Part shown: positions 54,201-63,000 of the stretch, piece by piece
Position numbering within the stretch: position 1 is the stretch's first letter
How the letters are laid out: every line of letters starts with the position of its first letter
Source of the DNA: Podarcis filfolensis
Lineage: Eukaryota
DNA: 64,000 nucleotides
Strand: one strand, 5' to 3'
Assembly (NCBI GenBank): GCA_964270895.1
Contig: OZ185439.1
Position numbers and translations under genes: made by a program
The notes under the pieces: generated by a model
The model's input: only the letters and a program-made list of their open reading frames with translations
What the model was told of the DNA's origin: nothing
The model's database searches: none

Positions 54201-57200
54201 ATAATAAACAGTATCTCCATTACTGTTGTTCCAGCAACATTCTAATCTGCACACCAGCATTGGCAATTCAGTATGGGGCTCTCTAAACACGAATCCTAGC
54301 AGCCAGTGGGCATCAGACCTTGTCAGCAGCATTTGGAGCAATGCTGATACAAAAAACTCAAACATGGGATTCTGGGACGATGCAGTCAAAGAAGTTGGAC
54401 CTCGTAACTCAACCAATAAAAACAAGAGCAATGCTAGCATCAGGTAGGAACTGGGATGCAGTGAGCTTCCCTTCAATTCATTGTAGAGGCTCAGGCCTGT
54501 TGCAGGCCCTCTAAATCATTCTGCTGTAGCCTTTGCCAACCTTGTGCCCTCCAGATGTCTTGGCTACACCATCCCTGACCATTGGCCTTGCTGACTGGGA
54601 CAGATGGGAATTGTCACCCAAAACATCTGGAGTCTTGTGGATGGAACCTTTCCACCAAACCCTGCAGTGTGCTGTATCAGTGCAGCCAGGATCTCTTATG
54701 GTTCCATTCCCTCTGTTTGCTTTTAGCTCCCATCTCAGTATACTTTCATATTTGTGATTCTGACAGAAGGCAGAAATGTTTGTGAAGCTGCTTGAATTTT
54801 CTAGTCTTGTATACTTTGCATGTTTTTTCCTGGTAACCCGTGTCTCTTCCTCACACACTGCCTTTTTGCCTGTCTTAGTAAATCTATAGGTGTTACAAGC
54901 AGGCAGAATAAGAAGGTGGAAGAAGAAGAAAAGTTGTTAAAGCTGTTCCAGGGGGTTAATAAAGCCCAGGATGGATTCACCCAATGGTGTGAACAAATGC
55001 TTCATGCACTCAACACAGCCAACAACTTGGATGGTAAGCAGTGAAAAAGGAGTGTGAAAGTTTCAGGCTAACACATTGAGAAACTGCATTATAGCTGCAC
55101 ATTATCATGTGATGCATTACTGCACATTGTCCAAAATTGTATTTAGAAGTATTAAGGAAGATGGGGAAATTGCAAAAGGTTTGGTATCCCCAGTATTCTT
55201 GGGAAATATTTAAAATTCCTGATTTTACACAGATCAGGGCTGATGCTACAGTTAATATTTTCTTTCCTGTTAAGTTGTACCATAAGGCATACACCATTGC
55301 TATAAAGTTAGATTAACTAGGAAGTGATCATTAGGAATCCAGCAGAGACTGTTGTCTTAGTGAGGAAATTAATTCATCCCATATCTCAGTGAATAAGGAG
55401 AAAGGGCTCTCTGTTTTCTTGCAGGTAAAGATAATACCGTATTACATAAAGTTTGTAAGGAAATGTATGATATTGAAAAGCTCTGGATTTTTTTTTATTT
55501 TTTATTTTTTGCTTATGCACCTATAGGCTTTGTAAGTATCTCGTGATTTGTCTTCCTTTCCGGCTGCAGTTCCCACATTTGTGTCCTTCTTGAAGGAAGT
55601 AGAATCTCCATACGAGGTCCATGATTACATCAGAGCCTACCTTGGAGATACCCCTGAAGCCAAGGAATTTGCCAAGCAGTTTCTTGAGCGCCGTGCCAAA
55701 CAAAAAGCCAACCAACAGCGGCAGCAACAGGTTCGTGCTTCTGTCTTTGGAGAATATTTGCAAGTGAATTTCTGTGATTACTGGAGAAAACAGATCTGTC
55801 TCTCTGGTTGATGTAGAGTTTAGCAATCTGTTTTGAAACAAGGACAAGCTTGACTATGGAATGGCTTACAGCTGGGTCAGGGAACTCCTGGCTCATAGAC
55901 TGGATGCATCCTAAAATACAAAATGCCCTTCCATGAAATGCTCTGGGCACTCCTGTTGAGAGATTGCCATGTGTACTATCACTGTGACTGTTGTCTCTTT
56001 CTCACGTGCTCCCTTCTCTCTCACTGCAACTTGACTGAATAGATTTCTTCTTCCAGTCCCTCCCATGTTCTGACCTGAATTTTAGAATCCCAGGAATTCT
56101 GATGAAGGGAGCTATTCTGAGTACCTGGCTGGAAGCATGATTCAAAGCAAGGGATGTGGGAGAGAGAGATCACTGAGTTGGGGGAAACTCCAGAAATGGC
56201 AGGATTTTCCCTGGGCAAAAATTTGCGGGGGAGGGTATATGTTGTTTGACTGAGGTAAGCTGCCCTCAAGTGTGCCTGAGAAAAACGAGTGGCACTGGCT
56301 GAATGACAAAACAGGCTGCTAATAAGCTATTGGCTCTTCTTTTTGGATCCCTCCAGTGAAACCTAAATTCAATCTGTCAGGGCAGACTGATGCTCCAGAT
56401 GGCCACTTCAAAATGTTAGGCAACCACCTCAGAAACAACAACTATCTAAGCATCAGGACAAAAACTCTCTCCCTATGACAGTGCACTCCTAGACAAGCTT
56501 ACTTGCCTAGGATTGTGGCCTTAATGTTTATATACAATGCAGTCCTAAGCATATTTATTTGAAAGCAAGTCCCCTTATGGTCAATTAAACTTACTGCATA
56601 GTAAACGAGTGTAGCATAGGGCAGGGAGGGCAGTACAGGGAATGTGGGATGGGATGGAGTGAGGGGTGAGGTGGCATGGCAGAGAGAGAGAAATGCAATG
56701 CTGAAACTCCACTCGGTTGTTGGAATTAAAGGCTTTATTCCAAACTTCAATACAGTGCCCAAACATAAGTTCCAAAGACAGGAAGCACAGCAGAGTTCTA
56801 GACACATGGTTAGACTTAAACTAAGACGTTGGCCCAACAACTGAGATGCCCCTGAACTCTCCTTCTGAAGAGCGGGACAGGCACCTTCATTTGTGTGATT
56901 GATGTACCAAGGCTGGGAATGGGCATGCAAGCAAGCAATCCTCCAAGTGGGCTGAACGTGTGAAGTCTGTGCCAGCACAGTTGTCTCCATGTTCTTGGTT
57001 TATGGAAACAGAGATGATTGAGCCAATTCACCATCAGATGTGTTGCTCTGCACTGCCCCTGAAAGGGATGACTCTTCAGTGGTGCCAGAGCCCTCATTAA
57101 CCAGCCAAGACTCTACACTTGGGGTGTCCAGTGGCACTGAAGTGGGGCGTTCTCCTGCCAACCCACTTGGATCTCCTGGGTCCTCATCACCATCTCTCAA

Positions 57201-58382
57201 TCCATTGGGTCCGCCCCCAGGGTCAGACTGCACCAAATTCCCAATCTCTTTCCATTCCCCATCAGACCACTCCCTCTAAGACATCTCCAAGGGGCTTGTG
57301 ACAAGGCCCTTCATAGAGAGAAGATTTCTCACCCCTTGCTTATTAGACAGCTATTGTGTTGTATGTGCAGCTGACCTTAAAATCTTCTGTAAATAACGTA
57401 GAATAGGGGTATGAGAGTGAGGGTGTCTTCAGGTAATTAACAGAGATATCAGCGAGTGTGCTAAACAGAAATGTTACTGGTCTACTGCCTATGATTGGGA
57501 CAGTGGATCATTGTTATTTTTCTACTCTTACTGAGTGCACAAGGCATGATTCCAGCTTGTAATACGTTATTTATTTGTGTTCCAGGATTCTGTGTGGGGG
57601 ATGAACCACAGTTCACTGCATTCGGTCTTTCAGACTAATCAGAGCAACAACCAGCAATCCAACTTTGAGGCAGTGCAGAGTGGTAAAAAGAAGAAGAAAC
57701 AAAAAATGGTTCGAGCAGATCCCAGCTTGTTAGGCAAGTTTTGTGGTACATTAAATAAATGGGGCAAGAGTCAGAAGGGGAAAATAAAAGCTAAGATTCC
57801 AGAATCAGGGATGGCTGATGGGTGCTTTCTTCCCCTCTTGGAGCTGTAGCCAGATTTAGGTGTTGCCTGGACATCACCACTCCAGCTCTTACCTCTGCTT
57901 GCCCCATCATTAGTTAGTTCCATTCACACTCAGATATGTGGGGGAAGACAGGCTAATAAGCGTTGAAGGTTTTGTGCGTGCCTGTCAGTCTATTTTAGTC
58001 TTGATTACTAGCCCTCCCCTTTGCTCGTTTCTCTCTTGTTTCTCAAATTGCTAGGAAATGGTTAGCAGATTTATAAAAGATGAACATTTCTTCAATATTT
58101 GTGTATAACTTGGGGGTTTATTGGGTAGATTACTCACTCATGCTTTTATTGTGTAAATATCCTTAAAGCAGGAGCTGAAAGCACTAGAAAAAATAGCTGG
58201 ATTGATGGCAGGTGCTGCCTTCAATATTGTCTTTAATGTATATGGATTACTTTATGAAGACATGTAAGATCTGGGAATAAGCTGTGTACTAAAAAAATCT
58301 GTCTTGTTTTGTAGGTTTCTCTGTCAATGCCTCTTCAGAGCGGCTCAACATGGGAGAAATAGAGACTTTGGATGACTACTGA
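217..58382 (+). CDS. GIGYF2: GIGYF2 (GRB10-interacting GYF protein 2), full spliced CDS: 27 coding exons, 3846 nt, 1281 aa
   Basis: Spliced translation starts [52 protein letters not shown] and ends [22 protein letters not shown]. It contains the 4EHP-binding YxYxxxxL motif, the LPEW/FDSSG region, the GYF domain ([14 protein letters not shown]...EWFQAGYF) and E/R/Q-rich coiled coils. Exon lengths sum to a multiple of 3 with matching phases. All introns are GT-AG except the last, which is GC-AG. Confidence 0.98.
5256..5385 (+). CDS. GIGYF2: GIGYF2 coding exon 2 (4EHP-binding motif)
   Basis: tatag|G CTG CGA GCT...GAT AGT AAG|gtaagt; [43 protein letters not shown]. Confidence 0.96.
5745..5840 (+). 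CDS. GIGYF2: GIGYF2 coding exon 3
   Basis: gcag|[32 protein letters not shown]|gttggt. Confidence 0.95.
5879..6497. mobile_element. Tc1/mariner (Tigger/pogo-like) non-autonomous DNA transposon, ~620 bp
   Basis: TA|CAGTGGTATCTTGATTCTCAAAC ... GTTTGAGAACCAAGTTACTACTG|TA: imperfect TIRs with TA flanks; internal (CAAT)6 at 6203-6228. Confidence 0.8.
6653..6894 (+). mobile_element. Tc1/mariner-type MITE family A, copy 1
   Basis: TA|CAGTGGTACCTCGGG ... GAGGTACCACTG|TA; near-identical to copies at 7490, 32749 and 49273. Confidence 0.9.
7490..7738 (+). mobile_element. MITE family A, copy 2
   Basis: TA|CAGTGGTACCTCGGG ... AAGGTACCACTG|TA; has an internal duplication of ccccattagctaaag. Confidence 0.9.
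8462..8570 (+). CDS. GIGYF2: GIGYF2 coding exon 4
   Basis: ggcag|[37 protein letters not shown]|gtgaga. Confidence 0.95.
10958..11069 (+). CDS. GIGYF2: GIGYF2 coding exon 5
   Basis: tttcag|(G)[36 protein letters not shown](R)|gtaatt. Confidence 0.95.
11220..11280 (-). mobile_element. CR1 LINE 3' end (reverse)
   Basis: catagaaccgtagagttcgaagggatcc...gtccaacccc is similar to the reverse complement of 46071-46139. Confidence 0.65.
12621..12661 (+). CDS. GIGYF2: GIGYF2 coding exon 6 (41 nt)
   Basis: ttttag|G GGG GAC AGG CGG TTT GAA AAA CCA GGC CGA AAA GAA CCA G|gtatgt = [13 protein letters not shown]. Confidence 0.94.
14520..14960. repeat. Old palindrome-rich interspersed repeat (probable MITE)
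   Basis: Recurrent aaccatggtt / aaccacagtt / aactgtg motifs; related pieces at ~13500-13870 and ~3360-3480. Confidence 0.45.
17497..18116 (-). CDS. KCNJ13: KCNJ13 last coding exon
   Basis: Minus strand: ttttatttag|GT GCA TTT GTA GCA AAA ATT GCC CGT CCA AAG...CTG ACT GAA TAG; encodes the cytoplasmic domain. Confidence 0.95.
17497..19534 (-). CDS. KCNJ13: KCNJ13, inward-rectifier K+ channel Kir7.1: two coding exons (19534-19057 and 18116-17497), 1098 nt, 365 aa
   Basis: [33 protein letters not shown]...[17 protein letters not shown]...[18 protein letters not shown]. The GYG pore is followed by the Kir7.1-specific Met. The joined sequence reads ...EAFITG|[18 protein letters not shown]...CQRRTSYLP...[10 protein letters not shown]. 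Confidence 0.97.
19057..19534 (-). CDS. KCNJ13: KCNJ13 first coding exon (acceptor AG at 19539-19538, 3 nt of UTR, ATG at 19534)
   Basis: Minus strand: ttttcag|AAG ATG AGG ACA...TTC ATC ACA G|gtaatt; encodes M1, the pore loop and most of M2. Confidence 0.95.
23520..23790 (+). mobile_element. Decayed L2-like LINE fragment
   Basis: ctctatgtggggctgcctttc...agggccttcttggtagctgctccgaaactttggaactcc; same region as 49493 onward. Confidence 0.55.
26195..26342. mobile_element. hAT-type MITE copy
   Basis: gtgccctccagatgctctggac...ccaaaacatctggagagcaccaggttggggaagg; palindromic core shared with 43979-44108. Confidence 0.7.
27890..27990 (-). promoter_or_regulatory. KCNJ13: Candidate non-coding first exon and core promoter of KCNJ13
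   Basis: Consensus minus-strand donor CTG|GTAAGT at 27890/27889, a non-repetitive pyrimidine-rich leader, and TATATA at 27982-27987. The KCNJ13 ATG exon starts with an acceptor, so an upstream exon must exist. Confidence 0.4.
29265..29350 (+). mobile_element. LINE/SINE 3' terminus with A-rich tail
   Basis: ggaagccgcccagag...gatgggcggggtacaaataataaattactattact; similar tails at ~25625-25690 and ~46980-47060. Confidence 0.55.
30732..33763 (+). mobile_element. Decayed DIRS1-type tyrosine-recombinase retrotransposon
   Basis: Inverted terminal repeats at ~30732-30817 and ~33680-33763. RT N-terminal motif [32 protein letters not shown] (31401-31496). RNase [13 protein letters not shown] (32049-32084) and YLNKQG (32235-32252). 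YR-domain motifs [17 protein letters not shown] (32663-32713), KVLFLIAIT and [18 protein letters not shown]. Many stops and frameshifts. Confidence 0.85.
32749..32974 (+). mobile_element. MITE family A, copy 3, inserted in the DIRS tyrosine-recombinase ORF
   Basis: TA|CAGTGGAACCTCAGG ... GAGGTAACACTG|TA. Confidence 0.9.
34569..34748 (+). CDS. GIGYF2: GIGYF2 coding exon 7
   Basis: ttgcag|(V)[59 protein letters not shown]|gtgaga. Confidence 0.95.
37087..37304 (+). CDS. GIGYF2: GIGYF2 coding exon 8
   Basis: ccttag|(D)[72 protein letters not shown]|gtgaga. Confidence 0.94.
37398..37563 (+). CDS. GIGYF2: GIGYF2 coding exon 9
   Basis: ccttag|[55 protein letters not shown]|gtaagg; preceded by a 93-nt intron. 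Confidence 0.93.
37647..37844 (+). CDS. GIGYF2: GIGYF2 coding exon 10 (diverged linker)
   Basis: tttcag|(E)[26 protein letters not shown]...[13 protein letters not shown]|gtaatc; 198 nt, phase 1-1, after an 83-nt intron. Confidence 0.88.
38090..38280 (+). CDS. GIGYF2: GIGYF2 coding exon 11
   Basis: ccccag|(D)[24 protein letters not shown]...[21 protein letters not shown]|gtagag. Confidence 0.9.
39863..40022 (+). CDS. GIGYF2: GIGYF2 coding exon 12 (start of GYF domain)
   Basis: ctgcag|[53 protein letters not shown]|gtaagc. Confidence 0.96.
40071..41975 (-). mobile_element. 5'-truncated L1-clade LINE (ORF2 C-terminal part and 3' UTR)
   Basis: Minus-strand translation gives [18 protein letters not shown]...FRKCLWG...[15 protein letters not shown], the Cys-domain [19 protein letters not shown]...CWRC, and ALTTAKRL...[19 protein letters not shown]...W. 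A 20-bp TSD with 2 mismatches lies at 40051-40070 and 41976-41995. Confidence 0.9.
40533..40945. mobile_element. Tc1/mariner (Tc2/pogo-like) MITE nested in the L1
   Basis: TA|CCGTATTTTTCGCCCTATAGGACGCAC ... GTGCGTCCTATGGGGCGCAAAATACGG|TA; GC-rich core; interrupts L1 ORF2. Confidence 0.88.
42201..42367 (+). CDS. GIGYF2: GIGYF2 coding exon 13 (GYF domain)
   Basis: ttgcag|(G)[55 protein letters not shown]|gtaaat. Confidence 0.96.
43531..43763 (+). mobile_element. tRNA-derived squamate SINE (Squam3-like)
   Basis: A box TGGTGTAGTGG (43541-43551), B box GGTTCGCTTCC (43585-43595), CORE-like gggtgaccttgggctagtcac and a LINE-like 3' end. Confidence 0.8.
43875..43966 (+). CDS. GIGYF2: GIGYF2 coding exon 14
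   Basis: ccacag|[30 protein letters not shown](Q)|gtaagt. Confidence 0.95.
43979..44108. mobile_element. hAT-type MITE (related copies at ~25007-25143, ~26195-26342, ~54520-54665)
   Basis: TIRs CAGGGGTGGCTAACC / GGTTAGCATCCCCTG; 8-bp flanks gtttatat / gtctatag (6 of 8 match); shared core gccctccagatg...catctggag. Confidence 0.75.
44781..44888 (+). CDS. GIGYF2: GIGYF2 coding exon 15
   Basis: ttccag|[35 protein letters not shown](R)|gtaaga. Confidence 0.95.
45525..45625 (+). CDS. GIGYF2: GIGYF2 coding exon 16
   Basis: ttccag|[33 protein letters not shown]|gtacga. Confidence 0.93.
46071..46139 (+). mobile_element. CR1 LINE 3' end
   Basis: ggttggactcgatggcccttgtggtctcttccaactctatgattctatgat; ends in the CR1 ATTCTATG-type octamer tail. 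Confidence 0.75.
46258..46358 (+). CDS. GIGYF2: GIGYF2 coding exon 17
   Basis: ttgcag|(V)[33 protein letters not shown]|gtaaga. Confidence 0.95.
46665..46823 (+). CDS. GIGYF2: GIGYF2 coding exon 18
   Basis: attcag|[53 protein letters not shown]|gtgaca. Confidence 0.95.
47120..47181 (-). mobile_element. CR1 LINE 3' end (reverse)
   Basis: catagaagcgtagagttggaagggacccaagggtcatctagtctaacccc. Confidence 0.65.
47936..48094 (+). CDS. GIGYF2: GIGYF2 coding exon 19
   Basis: gttcag|[53 protein letters not shown]|gtgaaa. Confidence 0.95.
48415..48651 (+). CDS. GIGYF2: GIGYF2 coding exon 20
   Basis: ctgggaag|[79 protein letters not shown]|gtactg. Confidence 0.94.
49195..49830 (+). mobile_element. L2-like LINE fragment (post-RT region), split by MITE copy 4
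   Basis: Removing the MITE and one TA gives agg ctg gat tac agc aat gct ctc tat gtg gga ctg ccc ttg = [14 protein letters not shown], followed by KLQLV*NAVARLL. Confidence 0.7.
49273..49492 (-). mobile_element. MITE family A, copy 4 (reverse orientation), inserted in an L2-like fragment
   Basis: TA|CAGTTGTACCTCGGG ... AAGGTACCACTG|TA; the body is the reverse complement of copies 1-3. Confidence 0.88.
50551..50673 (+). CDS. GIGYF2: GIGYF2 coding exon 21
   Basis: tcccag|[41 protein letters not shown]|gtaaaa. Confidence 0.95.
51122..53249 (+). mobile_element. Non-autonomous L1-like retroelement, ~2.1 kb, apparently full length
   Basis: Perfect 17-bp TSD tgaacctggtaactgtg (51105-51121 and 53250-53266), CpG-rich 5' end, open 211-aa ORF (52033-52668), T-rich 3' UTR, AATAAA at 53226-53231 and a short A tail. 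No RT or endonuclease domain seen. Confidence 0.85.
53902..54117 (+). CDS. GIGYF2: GIGYF2 coding exon 22 (polyQ tracts)
   Basis: ttccag|[13 protein letters not shown]11[49 protein letters not shown]|gtgagt. Confidence 0.94.
54128..54149. repeat. (AAT)n microsatellite just after the exon 22 donor
   Basis: gata ata ata ata ata ata ata ata c. Confidence 0.85.
54235..54443 (+). CDS. GIGYF2: GIGYF2 coding exon 23
   Basis: ttccag|[69 protein letters not shown](S)|gtagga. Confidence 0.94.
54520..54665. mobile_element. hAT-type MITE copy
   Basis: ccaaccttgtgccctccagatg...caaaacatctggag, same family. Confidence 0.65.
54879..55033 (+). CDS. GIGYF2: GIGYF2 coding exon 24
   Basis: tcttag|[51 protein letters not shown]|gtaagc. 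Confidence 0.95.
55570..55730 (+). CDS. GIGYF2: GIGYF2 coding exon 25
   Basis: ctgcag|(V)[53 protein letters not shown]|gttcgt. Confidence 0.94.
56670..57283 (-). mobile_element. Possible solo LTR remnant
   Basis: Minus strand begins TGTCTTAG (57283), is GC-rich relative to flanks, and has AATAAAGCCTTTAATTCCAAC near its 3' end. No convincing TSD and the left boundary is uncertain. Confidence 0.35.
57586..57733 (+). CDS. GIGYF2: GIGYF2 coding exon 26 (GC donor)
   Basis: ttccag|[50 protein letters not shown]|gcaagt. Confidence 0.93.
58315..58382 (+). CDS. GIGYF2: GIGYF2 coding exon 27 (stop TGA 58380-58382)
   Basis: ttgtag|(G)[21 protein letters not shown]. Confidence 0.96.
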
Positions 58383-59973
58383 GTATATGCAACTCGCCTG
58401 GCTTTTCCTGTGTCCTGTTAACCATGCATTCTCCACTGCTGGACAGAGACTTTTCTATCTGCTGCAGCAGTCATCTTTGCCTTGCAAATGGATCACAGAA
58501 TCAAATCATCTCAGGCTGCTATTTCTAGCCTCAACCAAGCCCTTTTCTGCCCAGGATTGCACAACCACCTTCATTTTTATCAGCCTCTGGTTCTCTCTTC
58601 TGGATAGGTGGGAAAGAAGATTTATATATGAGGCCGAGTGCAAATCACGGTGCTGTGATTTCTTCTCCCAAGCTATTTGTAAAGCCATTTGGAGGTCTAC
58701 ATATGGTAGCTTCCTTTCCTTCTCTTGTCATTCTCGTCACATTTAACTGGTGCAATCATAGTGGAGAGCTCATGGTTAACAGATGTAATTCAGAACCAAA
58801 ATGCCACGCAGATACTGACTTCCATGCTCCATCAGGGCAAAAGATGCCTTCCGAACCAGGAAGTGCATTCATAACTGTAGAACTGGCAACAGCAGGGAAT
58901 GGTGGTGGTGGGCAGCATTCAGCTTGGATTGGTTTGGCAATGCACATCCCTGCCAGGCCTTCTTCAGCACATTGAATTTGGAGGAGTTCAAGTCTGTCTT
59001 CATTGGGTAGTGATGTCAAAGATGCTGGAGTTCATGCTTCAGCACACTCCAGCCTTCCTGAACAATTGGGGACTCAAATTGTGGGAGGAGGCACACATCT
59101 TTTCCTTCAGGCTGATTTTCTCCTTTAATTATACTTCCTCCAAAGTGATTGGGCCAGTTATTTTGGACCCTTCTGCTGTGAATTTGTCTCGTTTCAGAGA
59201 CGCATAGGATCTTTACCATATGTATCTTCACCAGTTGGTTTTTTTGTGGGAGTTGACACTACCTTTGGAACCTGAAACCGAGCCAGATTTCATCTGGTCA
59301 CACGTGATGGTGGTTCAGAGTTTTGTAAGTTCTGCAGCAGCATTAACGCCAAGGAACAGGGAGCTGTCGTCTTGAAAGTGAAATAAATGAGGCAAGGAAT
59401 CTGAGCATTGGCAGAGTCTCTTTATAAAAATCACATGGAGGGGGATAAAGCGAGGTGTGCTGGTTTTTACTATATAGTACACTCTCCCATTACTTCCAAT
59501 CCATTGTGCTTATATATTTATGTAATCCACCTTCTCCATTCCTTACCCCAGAATGTTAAAAAGTCTGAAGTGGCCATTGCACTTAGTTCTAAACCCCCAC
59601 CTTCCACGCTCCCACTTGCACAGGGCTGCAATGTGCCCACGGAAGCTGCGCTGCTGTATGAAGACCTTGGTCTGCCATCATCGCCTGAAGAAGACAACTG
59701 AAGTTGCTCCAGAGCAGATTAATTTAGATTTTATTTCTTTTGATTTTCTTCTCTCTTACCCCTTTCCCCCACCCCCAACGTGTACAGTAACTCTTACAGA
59801 GACAGCTGCAGATTTGTATATAGTTTTTGGATCTGGTAGCTCAGTGAGGCTAGGTGCTGTCACAGATCTGGTCTCCTGATCTCCTTTGCTTTGTAAACTT
59901 ACAAAGGGGGGAAGGGGGTAGTTAATGTTTACAGAACTTTAAATTCCCTCGGAACTCTTGCTAGTATGGGGGT

Positions 59974-60002
59974 AATAAAAAAGAAGAGAGAACTTAAATA
60001 AA
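59974..60002 (+). terminator. Candidate GIGYF2 polyadenylation signals (AATAAA at 59974-59979 and 59997-60002; another at 60219-60224)
   Basis: First AATAAA hexamers about 1.6 kb after the stop codon, followed by GT/T-rich sequence; actual usage unknown. Confidence 0.45.
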
Positions 60003-63000
60003 ACCTGGTTGTATTAATACCTGAGCACACATTGTTTGCTTTTGTCAAAGCCAGCTTTGGCAATCCTTTCCGGTGCTAAACTTGACCTGGAACTCTACCA
60101 GTGCCTGTTCCATCAAGTAACAATCAAGTACACAGGACATGGAGGGACAGCAGCTGCTTTATTTCATACCCCTGGAGGAATGTTGGTGGTTTTGCTACTT
60201 GATAATTTTAGAGGTGAAAATAAACATCAGTTAAGTTGAGATTGGAAATGTTCGACAAATCTTCACTCTTCCCTTCTTTCATCTGCAGACACATACCCAT
60301 TCATGTTCTTGTGTTGTTTATGCAAGAGGACTAAGCCTGGCTAGTTCTTTTTTAAGCTGTAAACATGTTAAAAAAAAACACATTAATAAGCCCACTGTGA
60401 ACAAAACAGCAAGTGCTATACCAACCCCAACATTTTTTATTTTTTTGCAAACCAAAGCAATGGTTCTGTAACCCAAGCCCAGAATACACTGGCCTTTAGG
60501 GACAGAGGGGATTTTATGTGGCTCTTAAATATAGACATAGGCAGCTTGTTTCACATTTTTTCCAAGAATAGTTTTCATTGCTTCTTTTGTGTTTTCAAAA
60601 TAATTACACTGAAATATGACGATGGGGTGAAGGAAATGATCAGTGACCCAAACCAAATGAAATTGATCAACCCCTAAGTGTCAGGCTTCCTATAAAACAT
60701 TTTAGATTTCTCACCTGTATATTTTTCTTTTCTTCCCCTCCAGTATTTATAAGTTTATAACTGAACATCTGTCTTGGTCATCTATTTCTTAGAAAACCAT
60801 TGAAGTGTAGCTTATTTTTTACCATCCCTAAGAACAAGGCCCTGTTCTAGTAGCCACATTTTGTTTACTTGGATAGGAATAATTTTGGGCTGTAGAAGAA
60901 TTTAAAATTCATGCTAAATCAAATTTATTCTAGTAAAACTTTGCAGCAGGGTGGGAGATTGACGGTAAGAACACAAATGTGCCTTATTTCAAGACCTTTT
61001 TTCGTACATAAAGCATCCTGTAATGTAAATGCATGGACATGTAGTAAGTTGTGTGGGCAGCTTCTCACGGGATTTGAGCAGATTTTAAACACCCAGAGCA
61101 ACCCTTCCTTTCAGGGTATCTACAGTGACATGGTTAAAACCAACCAAATATGGTCAGCTGCTTATGCAGGTGCCTTAACATGCTGAGCTGAGCTTTACAC
61201 ATAGTTGTATTACAGGCGATTCCCTCCTAGGTCTCCAACACTGAGGAATTGAACTCAACAATTTTGTAGGATTGCTATTGCTCACACACATGCACAGCCT
61301 CTGACATGATGGAATGGTATCACAATATATGAATAGCTTTTTCAGGAGTATCACTTTGCTGTAAAAAGAAGAAAAGAATGGTCTGTGTCACATTTGTTGA
61401 CATTTTAGAAAGGATGGGTATGTGGTGATTTTGTTTGCTGATGGTGTATGTTGGTCTGGAGTCAATCAGTGGTAATTTACCACAATGGGAATAAAATCAC
61501 TTGGGAGGCAAGGTATCATGGTTTCAGATTACCATTTGCCTTTCAATAATTTAAGCATAACAAGGCTTTTTTAAGTGCATTGTTTTGTCCCTTAACATTT
61601 TCTCAAGCAAAACTTGTAAGCTGCTTTGAGTACACGTTAATGTAGAAAATTGGGGTGTAGATTATATAAAACCCCAGTGTACATGTAGCCACTTGGAACA
61701 CTTTGTATTGTCTTGTCCAATGATGGTGTTGGTTGGAATTGTACTGTATTTCTGCCCCTGAAATCCGTGGAAATGGGAATGACAAGTATCTCCTTACCAT
61801 TGGAGAGGACAGTGCAGCTTACTGTTGGTCATATGCACAATCTAGGCAAATGGTTGTCTGTGCACGCCCATCTATAGTGTACTGCCTGTGTTAAAGATTT
61901 GCTTAATGGTAACTTAATGCAATGGTGTTGTGCATGGGAACAGCTTCATAAATCAAGGCATTCTTACTGTGCTGCCAAGTGGTAGGGAAAATCTTACCAC
62001 TCCCCTGCTGCCTTGAATTTCAGATTAGGTTCAGAAATGCAAGATTATCATCACTACTTTGCAGGGCCTTGTTGGCTGGCTTACCACATGGTTTTGTCCA
62101 AAGGGTAAGATAAAAAAATCACTTCATATTGTTTGTTTAAAATAACATGGTATGTGCAGATGTGACCATTTGACAAGGCAATACAGACTACCAAATACAA
62201 CACGGGCTTCCCAAAGTGGCTCCATACACAAAATGGAAAGTTATAATTTGGCGAATGACCATCTGTGTTTACATTAATAGCTCTGTTTGTTCCCAATGTG
62301 CTTTCAAACTGTTGTGTGCATTGGAAAGGTATAATGGTATTCCTGTGAAATACATAAGAGTAAAATGAGGTGCACTAGATACTATTTACCGGTAATCTCA
62401 GGATTTAAGAAAACCTTATTCCTGTTAATTTGGCTTGCAAATTTAAAGGAAGACATTTTCACAGTCTCTGCAAAATTCCATTTTGTAGCATAGCTCAGAA
62501 AAGCCATCCCAAAAGTTCATATGTGACACAGTGCAAAGTATTCTGATTGACAGGCTCAGTGCACATAATTATCCTGTCAGAAAATAAGTTTTGATTGATG
62601 GAAAGAACCGTAGTCATCTGTCACCTTCCAAAAATTCTCCCAGTCACACTACTTCTTCATTGTACTGCAATGTGCAACTTTTATTACAATCCAATACTTG
62701 ATTATGAAACAAACTGCACAATTTGGGTTTAATATAATAGTACTGTTGCTTCAGAAGGGGCTGGCAGCCTCTTAAAGAACAAGCTGGAACTCTATATATC
62801 ATCAATGAGTTTGTAGTAAATATAAATAATGAAGTAAATACTGACTTTTCTAGATGTGGTTTCCCATCTACAAAGATACCTCTAAACAACAGTTTAGAAC
62901 CAATTGTTTTCACAACTATAGCAGGTAAAGTTATAATGTGGTTGCAGATTGGTTCTTGATTTCTCTCTCTTTCCCCATCCCCTTTTTTCAAAAATGAAGA

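Noticed and set aside
56499-57236. 163-aa and 78-aa minus-strand ORFs as a novel gene
   Set aside because: They fall in a putative LTR remnant, with low-complexity composition and no splice or domain support.
57689-57712. Poly-Lys codon run as an autoregulatory ribosome-stall signal
   Set aside because: The run is short and largely AAG-interrupted; more likely an ordinary conserved basic patch.
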